A stretch of DNA of 64,000 nt, taken from contig JAFUSA010000017.1 of assembly GCA_017480745.1 (NCBI GenBank), positions 16,174 to 80,173 on the forward strand, read 5' to 3'. The DNA is from Alphaproteobacteria bacterium (GTDB taxonomy: Bacteria > Pseudomonadota > Alphaproteobacteria > RF32 > CAG-239). Under the pieces are notes generated by a model. The model saw only the letters and a program-made list of their open reading frames with translations. It made no database searches and was not told the origin of the DNA. Below are positions 17,419 to 26,989 of this stretch, in pieces. Each line of letters begins with the position of its first letter. Position 1 is the stretch's first letter. The translations under genes were made by a program, and so were the position numbers.

Positions 17419-18633
17419 ATGACACAAAACGCACCAAAATCTCTTCGTCTACACATAGCTTTGTTAGGACGAGTTAATACAGGAAAGTCCAGCTTTTTGA
17501 ATTTAGTCAGCGGACAACAGGCTGCAATTACTTCAGATATTGCCGGAACCACAACCGATGTGGTGGAAAAAGCGCAAGAGTTACCGCCACTTGGACCGGT
17601 TTTGTGGTTGGATACCGCCGGATTTGGTGATGTAAGCGAACTTTCGGAAAAACGTTTGGCCAAAACGCAACAAATATTAGATAAAACCGATGTTGCGTTA
17701 TTGATATGCGCCGGAGATCGTATAGGAGCCGAAGAGGAAAAAATTATGGCTTTGACGACAGAGCGAAAAATACCTCTGCTGAAAATATATAATCAGTCCG
17801 ATAAATTTCCAATTACTGCCACAGACGGTATAATAGTTAATTCTACCGATTTAGCCACACGTGATAAAGTTTTATATGAGCTTAAAAGTGCCTTAATAAA
17901 AATATGTCCGGAAAACTTTATAAATCCCTTGCCCTTACTGGGTGATTTAGCCCCGCAAAACAGCACGGTTATGATGATTATTCCGATAGATTACGAAGCC
18001 CCGAAAGGTCGCTTGATTATGCCTCAGGTACAAGCCATTCGCGACTGTTTAGACCATCAGCAAAATATAATGTTAGTCAAAGAAAATAATTATGTGGAGG
18101 CTTTGCAAAATCTACGTAATCCTCCGGCATTAGTAGTGTGTGATTCACAAGTAGTTGATAAAATGGTGTCGCAAACTCCCGACAATATTCTGTGCACAAC
18201 TTTTTCCATTTTAATGGCCCGTTTTAAGGGGGATTTAAGTATTATGGTTCAAGGTGCTGCCATAATAGATAAATTGCAAGACGGCGACAAGGTGTTGATT
18301 GCCGAAGCTTGCACACACCATGCCATGGAAGATGATATAGGACGAGTAAAAATACCTAATTGGCTACGCAAAAAAACAGGTAAGGATTTGATAATTGAAC
18401 ACCTGAGCGGTTGTGATTTTGCTACTGATTTAACAAAATATAAATTGGTTGTGCAATGCGGCGGTTGCACGCTAAATCGCCGCGAGATTTTATCACGTAT
18501 TTATAAATGTCGGCAAGCCGGAGTCGCTATAACTAACTACGGGGTTTGTATTTCTGAGCTTAAAGGCGTTCTATCTCGTGTGTTGCAGCCTTTTGGTGAT
18601 GTATATCAAGACTACATTAAGGCAAAAGAATAA
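17419..18633 (+). CDS. hydF: [FeFe]-hydrogenase maturation GTPase HydF-like
   Basis: 404 aa. G1 GRVNTGKSS, G3 DTAG. C-terminal cluster motif EACTHH...QCGGC. Confidence 0.65.
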   Translation: MTQNAPKSLRLHIALLGRVNTGKSSFLNLVSGQQAAITSDIAGTTTDVVEKAQELPPLGPVLWLDTAGFGDVSELSEKRLAKTQQILDKTDVALLICAGDRIGAEEEKIMALTTERKIPLLKIYNQSDKFPITATDGIIVNSTDLATRDKVLYELKSALIKICPENFINPLPLLGDLAPQNSTVMMIIPIDYEAPKGRLIMPQVQAIRDCLDHQQNIMLVKENNYVEALQNLRNPPALVVCDSQVVDKMVSQTPDNILCTTFSILMARFKGDLSIMVQGAAIIDKLQDGDKVLIAEACTHHAMEDDIGRVKIPNWLRKKTGKDLIIEHLSGCDFATDLTKYKLVVQCGGCTLNRREILSRIYKCRQAGVAITNYGVCISELKGVLSRVLQPFGDVYQDYIKAKE

Positions 18634-18706
18634 AAACATCGAAAAATATTTACCTCAATCTTTAATTAAAAAAATTGCGCCAAGAATCGCCGTTATCTAT
18701 CAAAAA

Positions 18707-18738
18707 CAAAGCGCTTTTCATATAAGAAAAGCGCTTTG
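18707..18738. terminator. Bidirectional hairpin between hydF and nfeD
   Basis: CAAAGCGCTTTT-loop-AAAAGCGCTTTG. Confidence 0.6.
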
Positions 18739-18758
18739 TCAGACATAATGAATATAAT

Positions 18759-19202
18759 TTATTCAATCAGCAAAATAAGACTGTCTTTAACTCCTACTAC
18801 CTTTGCGGTATCACCTTTTTTCAAAGTTTTTTCCGTATAGGCAACCCAATAAGAATCGCCAACTTTAACTTTTGTCTGATTATCGACAACATCTTCGGCC
18901 AAAGTTACCAAACGACCAACATTTTGCTCTGCCGAATTGTTAAGATTTTGATATTCTTTCGGCGTTTTTGTTTTTTCAAATATATAGCGATACACATATA
19001 ATCCGATAACCGCAAATATACCCGAAAATATGGCAAACCATATCAGTTGAGTAGTAACTTCCATAGGAATAAGCCATGTTATCAAACTCATAACAAAGCC
19101 GGCAAAACCAAACCAAATCAAGTAAACTCCCGGCACAACCAATTCTAAAACCGACAGCACTAACCCGATAATCAGCCACATTATAACCGGTGAATCAAAC
19201 AT
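18759..19202 (-). CDS. NfeD-family membrane protein
   Basis: 147 aa. Three to four TM helices plus a C-terminal OB-like domain. Immediately downstream of the SPFH gene. Confidence 0.75.
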   Translation of the reverse strand: MFDSPVIMWLIIGLVLSVLELVVPGVYLIWFGFAGFVMSLITWLIPMEVTTQLIWFAIFSGIFAVIGLYVYRYIFEKTKTPKEYQNLNNSAEQNVGRLVTLAEDVVDNQTKVKVGDSYWVAYTEKTLKKGDTAKVVGVKDSLILLIE

Positions 19203-19204
19203 TT

Positions 19205-20137
19205 TTATTTCTCCTTAGTTGATTTTTTACCGGAAATTTGCAATGTATCCTTAACCAATTCTGAAATTCCGGCAACAGTTCCCATAACTTGGGTTGTATC
19301 AACCGGTAACATAAGTAATTTTTCGTTTGGTGAAGTTACAATGCCTTGCAGGGCGTCAATATATTTTTGTCCCAAAAAGTAAGACAAAGCTTGTGGATTT
19401 CCGTTGGCGATTGCTTCGGATACCATTTGTGTAGCAGCGGCTTCGGCCTTAGCAGAGCGTTCACGTGCTTCGGCTTCGCGGAAAGCTGCCTCTTTTTGAC
19501 CTTCGGCTTCCAAAATAACTGCTTGTTTTTCACCTTCGGCTTTCAAAATCTCGGCCTGACGCAAACCTTCGGCCTCTAAAATATTTGCACGTTTATCACG
19601 TTCGGCTTTCATTTGACGTGCCATAGAATCAATCAAATCTGCTGGCGGAGTAATATCTTTAATTTCCACACGTGTAACTTTAACACCCCACGGAATTGTC
19701 GCAACATCAACTACATCCAACAATTTTTGGTTAATAACATTACGTTGCGACAACAGCTCATCAATTTCCATACTACCGATAACTGTTCTGATGTTGGTCA
19801 TAACCAAGTTCATAATAGCATAATCAAGGTTATCTACCTGATAAGCTGCTTTAACCGCATCTTGAATTTGATAAAACAGCACACCGTTAACGGTAACCAT
19901 GGCGTTATCTTTGGTAATAACTTCTTGTGAGGCAACCTCTAAAACTTGCTCTTTGCGATTTATGCGGGCACCTATGGATTCAAAAACCGGTATTAAAATA
20001 TGAAATCCCGGATCCAACTTACGGGTATATTTACCGAAATTTTCTACCGTATATTCATACCCTTGGCGCACAATAACTGCTGAGCGCAGAATGATTACCG
20101 CAACCAAAATCAAAAGAATTACTGCAATTGCTTCCAT
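19205..20137 (-). CDS. SPFH/band-7 (stomatin/paraslipin-like) protein
   Basis: 310 aa from ATG 20137. N-terminal TM, SPFH core, and an E/A-rich coiled-coil repeat EAEGLRQAEILKAEGEKQAVILEAEG. Confidence 0.85.
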   Translation of the reverse strand: MEAIAVILLILVAVIILRSAVIVRQGYEYTVENFGKYTRKLDPGFHILIPVFESIGARINRKEQVLEVASQEVITKDNAMVTVNGVLFYQIQDAVKAAYQVDNLDYAIMNLVMTNIRTVIGSMEIDELLSQRNVINQKLLDVVDVATIPWGVKVTRVEIKDITPPADLIDSMARQMKAERDKRANILEAEGLRQAEILKAEGEKQAVILEAEGQKEAAFREAEARERSAKAEAAATQMVSEAIANGNPQALSYFLGQKYIDALQGIVTSPNEKLLMLPVDTTQVMGTVAGISELVKDTLQISGKKSTKEK

Positions 20138-20315
20138 TTTGACTTTCCTTTCATAATTTGTTCGTGATTTTAACAGAGTTAATAATACACATTTTAGCGA
20201 AATAATCAAGGAAAAAATGTATTTAAGTATAAAAAAACATATGTTAGACGCTTTTCTTGATACAAAAAAATTTCCCTCTGTAAGCTCTTATGCTTACGGA
20301 GGGAAAATACTTACA

Positions 20316-21455
20316 TTAGGCTGCAAGTTGTTGCATCAGTGCAGCAAACAGGATGCTCTTTGATTTGACGATAGTATCAATCTCATCATTGAGCACACCA
20401 TGCTCAGGCTCATTTTTCAGAATGCGAGCCACCATTGGGTCATTTGCTTCTGAAGCTTTCTTGAAGAAGTGAACAATGGCACTTGCATCAAGACGATGAT
20501 CTGTGGCAAGGAAAACATCGTATTGATATTCATCCATGCACATTTGCGCCTCTGGGCAAATTTCCGGTGTGTTCTCACAGAAAGCCTTCCATTCTGCGGA
20601 TGCACCCTCTGTGCTTGATGTGAAAACACGTTGTGAATAGACATCAAGAGCCTTTTCAATAAGCTCTAACTCACCTGACTTAACGTCTTTATACAGATAC
20701 ATATCTGAAATCAAAGCACAATCTAAGCCATATCTTTTCACAACATACTGCACAACACGCATTCCCTCAGAACTTCCGGCAACTTTCGTATTCTTTGAAG
20801 TATTCAGCCTTGGATCATCAAACAATGCTTTGTTTAGTAACATCGCTACCTTTGTTGAGTCAGGAGTATTTGTTTTCACATAACTCCAAATTAGCGAGAA
20901 GGTATTCTTCCACAACAAATCAGCGAAACGCTCATTTGTCAGGACCCCCTCCTTAACGAACATTTTGAACAATGACAAATTACTGCTGAACATTTGACTT
21001 GTCCAAATTTGCTTGCGCGCCTCTTCGGTTAAGCAAGCCAAGCAGCAATTAAACTCGTTAAAGTAGCGAATCTGATCCTCTACCGAATACTCGCCGACAC
21101 CACGGTAAGTCATCCAATACTTCTTCCAGCGATAGGGCCATACATTGGCAAGGTAGCAATACTTTTTAACAATATTGCAAAACCAGTCACCCACCACATA
21201 GGCTAAAGTTTCCCTACCCTCACAGCACAATTTAGCGGCGCTATTCGGGCTAAAGAGCTGGATAAAGAACATCGTGAGCGGGTTGTAGACTAAGATGGCG
21301 ACGATGAAGAAAAAGGTATAAACCATCGCAAGGGCGAGATTCATCACACACCAAACAATTGCAAGGAGAATATTCCCTACAAACTTTCTCATAAAGTTCC
21401 ACACTGTGCTGAAAAATTTAGCAGCCTTTTTGTTGAAATTGAAATTCTGTGCCAT
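20316..21455 (-). CDS. Hypothetical membrane protein (two N-terminal TM helices, Cys-rich, helical C-domain)
   Basis: 379 aa. I recognise no family. C-ending codons (TTC, AAC, ATC, CTC) are much more frequent than in neighbouring genes. Confidence 0.5.
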   Translation of the reverse strand: MAQNFNFNKKAAKFFSTVWNFMRKFVGNILLAIVWCVMNLALAMVYTFFFIVAILVYNPLTMFFIQLFSPNSAAKLCCEGRETLAYVVGDWFCNIVKKYCYLANVWPYRWKKYWMTYRGVGEYSVEDQIRYFNEFNCCLACLTEEARKQIWTSQMFSSNLSLFKMFVKEGVLTNERFADLLWKNTFSLIWSYVKTNTPDSTKVAMLLNKALFDDPRLNTSKNTKVAGSSEGMRVVQYVVKRYGLDCALISDMYLYKDVKSGELELIEKALDVYSQRVFTSSTEGASAEWKAFCENTPEICPEAQMCMDEYQYDVFLATDHRLDASAIVHFFKKASEANDPMVARILKNEPEHGVLNDEIDTIVKSKSILFAALMQQLAA

Positions 21456-21725
21456 AATTGTAAAATTTTTAAGGGCACTCTCTGGTTTCCGACAGAGGTA
21501 ATTTGGTTAAGCCGTCAGGGAAACATGATAAAATCATACAGACGACTCCTCACATCAAATTAATTCAATATTCGGCCAAACCTCTTATCGTCAACTTTGA
21601 GCAGAACTCAAATCAACAACATAGATATTTAACTTAATAATTTACCATAATTTTTTGTAAGTAATTTTACCATACAACAATTTTTTTCTTTTGTCAATAG
21701 ATTTAACAAACTCGCTGATAAAATT

Positions 21726-21752
21726 CTACCGGCTCTGAAACAGAACCGGTAG
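21726..21752 (-). terminator. typA terminator hairpin
   Basis: CTACCGGTTCTG-TTT-CAGAGCCGGTAG on the minus strand. Confidence 0.55.
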
Positions 21753-21774
21753 TGCAATGTCAAAAAATTAAAGC

Positions 21775-23601
21775 TTATTCTTCTCCACTGGCCATTTTCG
21801 CACGTTTACGCGCTATCGGATCTAAAATACGTTTACGCAAACGCAACGATTTCGGTGTAACTTCCAAAAGCTCATCGGCTTGAATATATGATAAAGCCTG
21901 TTCCAAACTCAACTTACGAGGCGGCACCAAATCAATGGCTTCATCTTTGCCGGCAGCACGAATATTGGTCAACTGTTTAGATTTTGTAGGGTTCACATCA
22001 ATATCGTTATATTTATTGTGTTCACCGATAATCATTCCCACATAAACCGGACTGTTATGCTCAATAAACATTGGTCCGCGCTCTTGCAATTTCCATAACG
22101 AATAAGCAATAGCCTGCCCGTCTTCACTGGAAATCATCACACCATTGCGACGATCTTCAATTTCGCCCTTATATGGCTCAAAATCATAAAAAATACGATT
22201 CATGACTCCGGTTCCTCGTGTATCGGTTAAAAATTCCGAATGATACCCGATTAAACCGCGGGATGGTGCATGGAAAATCAAACGAACTTTGTTACCCACT
22301 TGCGATGGAATCATATCTGTCATTTCTGCACGGCGTTGCCCCAATTTTTCTACAACAGCACCGGAAAATTCCTCATCAACATCAACAACCACTTCTTCTA
22401 CCGGTTCTAAGAGCTGACCGTTTTCATCGCGTTTCATGATAACACGCGGACGTGAAATAGAAAGTTCAAATCCCTCACGACGCATGGTTTCAATCAAAAC
22501 ACCTAACTGCAACTCTCCACGACCGGCAACTTCAAAGCTATCGGTATTATCAGTGCGTGAAATTTTTAAGGCAATATTACCTTCCGCTTCTTTTTCCAAA
22601 CGAGACCAAATAACCCGCGAAGTTACTTTATCCCCTTCTCTTCCGGCAAGCGGAGAATCATTTACCGAAAATGTCATAACCAAAGTCGGCGGATCAATAG
22701 GCTGAGCGTTAATATAGTCGGTTGCCGGCACATCAAGCGCGCAAATAGTATCCGCCACAGTGCCTTTTACCACTCCGGCCACAGCAACAATATCTCCTGC
22801 GTGTGCTTCATTAAGAGCAACTCGCTCCAACCCTTGATAAGCCATAATTTTAGTAATTTTTGTGCGTTCAACTTCACCATCTTTATTTATAACCTTAACG
22901 GTGTCATTAACTTTAACGCTACCGCTTTGAATTTTTCCGGTCAAAATGCGGCCGACGAATTTATCTGCCTCCAAAGTTGTGGCAAGCATACGGAAAGGCT
23001 TATCCGGCTCACACACCGGCTCACTAACATAAGATAAAATTGTTTCAAACAGAGGTGTTAAATCCTTGTGTTCATCTTCCAACTCGCGCACTGCCCAACC
23101 ATTGCGCCCAGAAGCATAAAGTGTAGGAAAATCCAACTGTTCATCGTTAGCATCTAAGCTTACAAACAAATCAAAAATTTCATTCAAAACCTCATCAGGA
23201 CGAGCATCAGGCTTATCTGCTTTATTAATAACCACAATCGGTTTCAAACCTATTTTGAGCGCTTTACCCAACACAAATTTCGTTTGTGGCATAGGCCCTT
23301 CGGAAGCGTCAACCAACAAAACAACTCCGTCAACCATAGAAAGTATACGTTCTACCTCACCACCAAAATCAGCGTGTCCCGGAGTATCTACAATATTGAT
23401 ATGAGTGCCGTTCCAGTCAACAGATGTGCACTTGGAAAGAATGGTAATTCCTCTCTCGCGCTCCAAATCATTACTATCCATCACGCAATCTACAACTTTT
23501 TGATTATCGCGAAAAGTTCCGCTTTGCCGCAACAATCCATCAACCAAGGTTGTTTTTCCATGATCTACGTGCGCAATGATAGCAATATTTCTCATACTCA
23601 T
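21775..23601 (-). CDS. typA: Translational GTPase TypA/BipA
   Basis: MSMRNIAIIAHVDHGKTTLVD..., DTPGHADFGGEVER, NKADK. The start is trimmed to 23601 because the longer ORF overlaps the tRNA. Confidence 0.95.
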   Translation of the reverse strand: MSMRNIAIIAHVDHGKTTLVDGLLRQSGTFRDNQKVVDCVMDSNDLERERGITILSKCTSVDWNGTHINIVDTPGHADFGGEVERILSMVDGVVLLVDASEGPMPQTKFVLGKALKIGLKPIVVINKADKPDARPDEVLNEIFDLFVSLDANDEQLDFPTLYASGRNGWAVRELEDEHKDLTPLFETILSYVSEPVCEPDKPFRMLATTLEADKFVGRILTGKIQSGSVKVNDTVKVINKDGEVERTKITKIMAYQGLERVALNEAHAGDIVAVAGVVKGTVADTICALDVPATDYINAQPIDPPTLVMTFSVNDSPLAGREGDKVTSRVIWSRLEKEAEGNIALKISRTDNTDSFEVAGRGELQLGVLIETMRREGFELSISRPRVIMKRDENGQLLEPVEEVVVDVDEEFSGAVVEKLGQRRAEMTDMIPSQVGNKVRLIFHAPSRGLIGYHSEFLTDTRGTGVMNRIFYDFEPYKGEIEDRRNGVMISSEDGQAIAYSLWKLQERGPMFIEHNSPVYVGMIIGEHNKYNDIDVNPTKSKQLTNIRAAGKDEAIDLVPPRKLSLEQALSYIQADELLEVTPKSLRLRKRILDPIARKRAKMASGEE

Positions 23602-23631
23602 AAATTTTATCCTTACTCTGTTTTGTTTAAC

Positions 23632-23708
23632 TGGCGTACCCGGCGAGGCTCGAACTCGCAACCTTTGGCGTCGGAGGCCAACACTCTATCCAATTGAGCT
23701 ACGGGTAC
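23632..23708 (-). tRNA. tRNA-Arg (anticodon CCG)
   Basis: Folded by hand into a 77-nt cloverleaf. Acceptor GTACCCG/CGGGTAC, D arm GCTC/GAGT, anticodon loop CT-CCG-AC, T arm GCGAG-TTCGAGC-CTCGC, encoded CCA. Promoter TTGACA-17-TAATAA at 23721-23749. Confidence 0.95.
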
Positions 23709-23868
23709 TAAACGAGCCGATTATTACAATGCTTTTTTTCGCTTGTCAATAAATTTTGTATAAAAATCTGTGCATTTTTATTGGTTTATAAATATGTTAT
23801 TTTCATATTTGCAAAAATTAAACAGAATAGATTCATTTTTTTGTTGTTATGTACCCGATTTTTGCCGT

Positions 23869-24348
23869 TCACTTCACAATATATTCTGCTATTAACGGAG
23901 CAAACTCTGCTAATGCTTTTTTATAAGCCTCTTTTTTGAACTCTACAATCAAATCATATGCTTCTTGCATACTTCCCCAGCGATATGAAGAAAACTCCGG
24001 CTCTGCCGTATGCAAATTTATTTCACTTTCATTTCCGGAAAAATAAAAAAGCGACCAAAACATCTCCTGCCCTATGTTTTTAAAACCTCGTTTTTGCATA
24101 GAAAGCAGAATATTTTCCGGAAAACAATACCTCACACCGTCTGTCAATGTTTTAACTAACATTACATTTTCCAAAGATGTTTCTTCTTTAAGTTCGCGTT
24201 TTGCAGCCTGCGCCGGAGTTTCTCCCTCCTCTATTCCTCCTTGCGGAAATTGCCAAGCATCCGCAACATCATTACGCAAACAAAGCAACACCTTGCCGGA
24301 AGAGTTAAAAACAACCACACCTGCGTTGCGACGAAAAGTTCCGCTCAT
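23869..24348 (-). CDS. rppH: RNA pyrophosphohydrolase (Nudix)
   Basis: Nudix box GGIEEGETPAQAAKRELKEETSL. Confidence 0.85.
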   Translation of the reverse strand: MSGTFRRNAGVVVFNSSGKVLLCLRNDVADAWQFPQGGIEEGETPAQAAKRELKEETSLENVMLVKTLTDGVRYCFPENILLSMQKRGFKNIGQEMFWSLFYFSGNESEINLHTAEPEFSSYRWGSMQEAYDLIVEFKKEAYKKALAEFAPLIAEYIVK

Positions 24349-24350
24349 CG

Positions 24351-25736
24351 TTATTTTTTCTTCTCCTGTTTCGGAGCCGACTTTGCATCAGCAATTTTCT
24401 GTGATTCTCTTTCTTTTGCTACGATATTATTATCATTTTGCCCATATAAATACAACGCTTTAACTAAATCAAGCGCACGAACTAACTGATAATCTTTCAT
24501 ATCATCATTTTTCTCGTCAGCCTTTTTATCATTCTTTTGAGAGGAAGCTTTTTTCTTGTCTTTTTCACTAATTTGCTCGTTTTTCAAGGCGCCTTTTAAG
24601 TTGGCTTCGCTGATATTATAATCATCATTATCAAACTCTTCCAATTTGGCTGGTTTAACAACTAAATCCGGTTCAATTCCTTTGGCTTGAATAGAACGTC
24701 CCGATGGAGTATAATAACGTGCCGTTGTAATACGCATTGCCGCATTGTTACGCAAAGGAATAACCGTTTGCACCGAACCTTTACCAAAAGATTTTTCGCC
24801 TAAAATAACTGCCCGATGGTGATCTTGCAAGGCTCCTGATAAAATCTCCGACGCGGAAGCAGAACCTTCGTTAATCATAACAACAATCGGTAAATTATTT
24901 GCTATATCACCGGGAGTTGCCGAAAATTTTATAGTATCTTCATCATTACGCGAGCGAGTAGAAACAATTTCCCCCTGTTCCAAAAATAGATCAGAAACTT
25001 TAACCGCCTGATCCAAAAGACCTCCCGGATTGTTACGAACATCAATTACCAAACCGGCTAATTTGTTTTTCAAATTCTTCTGCGCATCTTTTACCGCTTT
25101 TGTAATATCTTCGTCTATATCTTCATTAAAGCTTGATATACGAACATATAAAATATCGTCATTTTTAATTTCACTCTTAACCGACTGAATCTTAATTTCA
25201 TCGCGTTTCAACGTTACGTCAAAAGGTTTTGTGTTGGCTCGACGAATGGATACTTTTACTTTTGTTCCTATTTTTCCGCGCAATTTGCTAACAACTTCAT
25301 TCAATGAAAGTCCGATAACTGTCTCATCATCAATATCGGTAATATAATCTCCGGCTTTTATTCCGGCTTTTGCTGCCGGAGTATCATCAATCGGCGATAT
25401 TACTTTAACCACACTGTTTTCCATGGTAATTTCAATACCTAAACCACCAAACTTACCCTTTGTTTGTTCGTTCATATACTTAAAATCTTCGGCATTTAAA
25501 TAGCTCGAATGCGGATCTAATGCCGTTAGCATGCCATTTATCGCGGATTCGATTAATTTTTTGTCGGAAACATCTTCAACATAAGTTGCTTTTGTTCGCT
25601 CCATAACTTCGCCAAAAATATTGAGCAATTCATAAGTGTTTATTTGATCCTCTTCAACCTTTTTATCTTTTGCTTGCACTATTCCGGCAAACAAAGTAAA
25701 AACAGCAATATAAACAATCAATGATTTTTTCAGCAT
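24351..25736 (-). CDS. ctpA: Carboxy-terminal processing protease (S41)
   Basis: 461 aa. Signal peptide, PDZ region, and S41 core ...MINEGSASASEILSGALQD...GEKSFGKGSVQ. Confidence 0.9.
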   Translation of the reverse strand: MLKKSLIVYIAVFTLFAGIVQAKDKKVEEDQINTYELLNIFGEVMERTKATYVEDVSDKKLIESAINGMLTALDPHSSYLNAEDFKYMNEQTKGKFGGLGIEITMENSVVKVISPIDDTPAAKAGIKAGDYITDIDDETVIGLSLNEVVSKLRGKIGTKVKVSIRRANTKPFDVTLKRDEIKIQSVKSEIKNDDILYVRISSFNEDIDEDITKAVKDAQKNLKNKLAGLVIDVRNNPGGLLDQAVKVSDLFLEQGEIVSTRSRNDEDTIKFSATPGDIANNLPIVVMINEGSASASEILSGALQDHHRAVILGEKSFGKGSVQTVIPLRNNAAMRITTARYYTPSGRSIQAKGIEPDLVVKPAKLEEFDNDDYNISEANLKGALKNEQISEKDKKKASSQKNDKKADEKNDDMKDYQLVRALDLVKALYLYGQNDNNIVAKERESQKIADAKSAPKQEKKK

Positions 25737-25748
25737 TTTTTTATTCCT

Positions 25749-26978
25749 TTAATTTTTTACCATCCATTCATTCGGATCAACCGGATGATTATTTTTTCTG
25801 ATTTCCATGTGTAGCTTAGCATTATTACCGGCCGGCATAGTTCCAACAGGTTCGCCTGCCAAAAGTGTTTGTCCCACTTTGGCGTCTGCCTCTCCCAAAC
25901 CGCTCAACAGCGAAGTATATCCTTCACCATGGTCAATAATCAGCAAATTAGCAAAGTTTTTAAACGGACCGGAAAAAATAACCGTGCCGTCGTATGGTGC
26001 GATTATTTGCGCATTGCCGGCTGTTTTAATATCTATACCGTTAGACACAACACCTTTGGAAAGTTCTTGATGAAACTTGGTAACAAGTGTGCCACGTGCC
26101 GGACGAGATAATTTACCTTTAGCTTTGCTAAACCCGACATTAATCTCTTTATATTCCCCCATATCATAACTATGGTTGTTGCTTTTGCGCAAATTTTCCA
26201 CTGCTCGATTGCGTGCCAAACGTTCTTTTTCGGCCAACTGACGTTGAGCTTGTTTTTGTTTTTCCAACTTATCCAATAAATCACGTAAATTTCCTGCCTG
26301 ACTGGCCAAAGCTTTGGCTTTTTCTTCGGCATCTTTACTTTGAGAGGAAAGCCGGCTATACATCTGACTTTTTTGTTTAACTAAGCCTTTCATTTCCGCT
26401 TGTTGAGTAGCCAAAGCAGTATTTTCACGCTCTAAATCTTTAAGGCGTTCGGCTATTTCATTTTTTTGATTATTAATATCTTCAATGCTTTCGCGTATGC
26501 TTTCGGCACGATTTTTGAGGGCATGCACTCCTCCGCGTAATAAAATACTGCTACGCATAACTTCAACCGGTGACAACGGCTGAACCAAAACGGCTTCCGA
26601 AGGTCTCAATGCCAAGCTTTGCAATGCACTCAATGTTTCAATTAGCATTCCGTGCTCGGCTTCAAATTTTTCTTCCGAAATTTTTAAATGTTGTTGCAAA
26701 TGTTCCAAATCTTCGGTTTTTTGCCTAACCTCATCTTCACCGTTTTGAATTTTCTTCGCCGCCGCTATCATTTTGCGGTTTAAATCGGATAATTCCGTTT
26801 TTACCCTTTTGGCCTGTTCATCTATTTCCTTTTGTTCTTGCGCTGCACGCTTTGCCTCGGCTTCAATCTGAGCCAAATCTTTTGCCGAAACTTTTTTTGA
26901 GCCCATAGGCGCCGCCACGGCAACAGAATTAACTCCGACCGCAATACCCAAAAGCATCAAACAAAAAAGTTTATTCAA
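25749..26978 (-). CDS. Coiled-coil M23/LytM-domain protein (EnvC-like murein hydrolase activator)
   Basis: 409 aa. Signal peptide, a long coiled coil, and a C-terminal LytM domain ...LLIIDHGEGYTSLL...LHMEIRKNNHPVDP. Confidence 0.8.
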   Translation of the reverse strand: MNKLFCLMLLGIAVGVNSVAVAAPMGSKKVSAKDLAQIEAEAKRAAQEQKEIDEQAKRVKTELSDLNRKMIAAAKKIQNGEDEVRQKTEDLEHLQQHLKISEEKFEAEHGMLIETLSALQSLALRPSEAVLVQPLSPVEVMRSSILLRGGVHALKNRAESIRESIEDINNQKNEIAERLKDLERENTALATQQAEMKGLVKQKSQMYSRLSSQSKDAEEKAKALASQAGNLRDLLDKLEKQKQAQRQLAEKERLARNRAVENLRKSNNHSYDMGEYKEINVGFSKAKGKLSRPARGTLVTKFHQELSKGVVSNGIDIKTAGNAQIIAPYDGTVIFSGPFKNFANLLIIDHGEGYTSLLSGLGEADAKVGQTLLAGEPVGTMPAGNNAKLHMEIRKNNHPVDPNEWMVKN

Positions 26979-26989
26979 TAGTCCGTTCC

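Noticed and set aside
23602-23661. N-terminal extension of typA in the ORF track (start at 23661).
   Set aside because: The extension overlaps tRNA-Arg (23632-23708) on the same strand. The canonical TypA N-terminus MSMRNIAIIAHVDHGKT begins at 23601.
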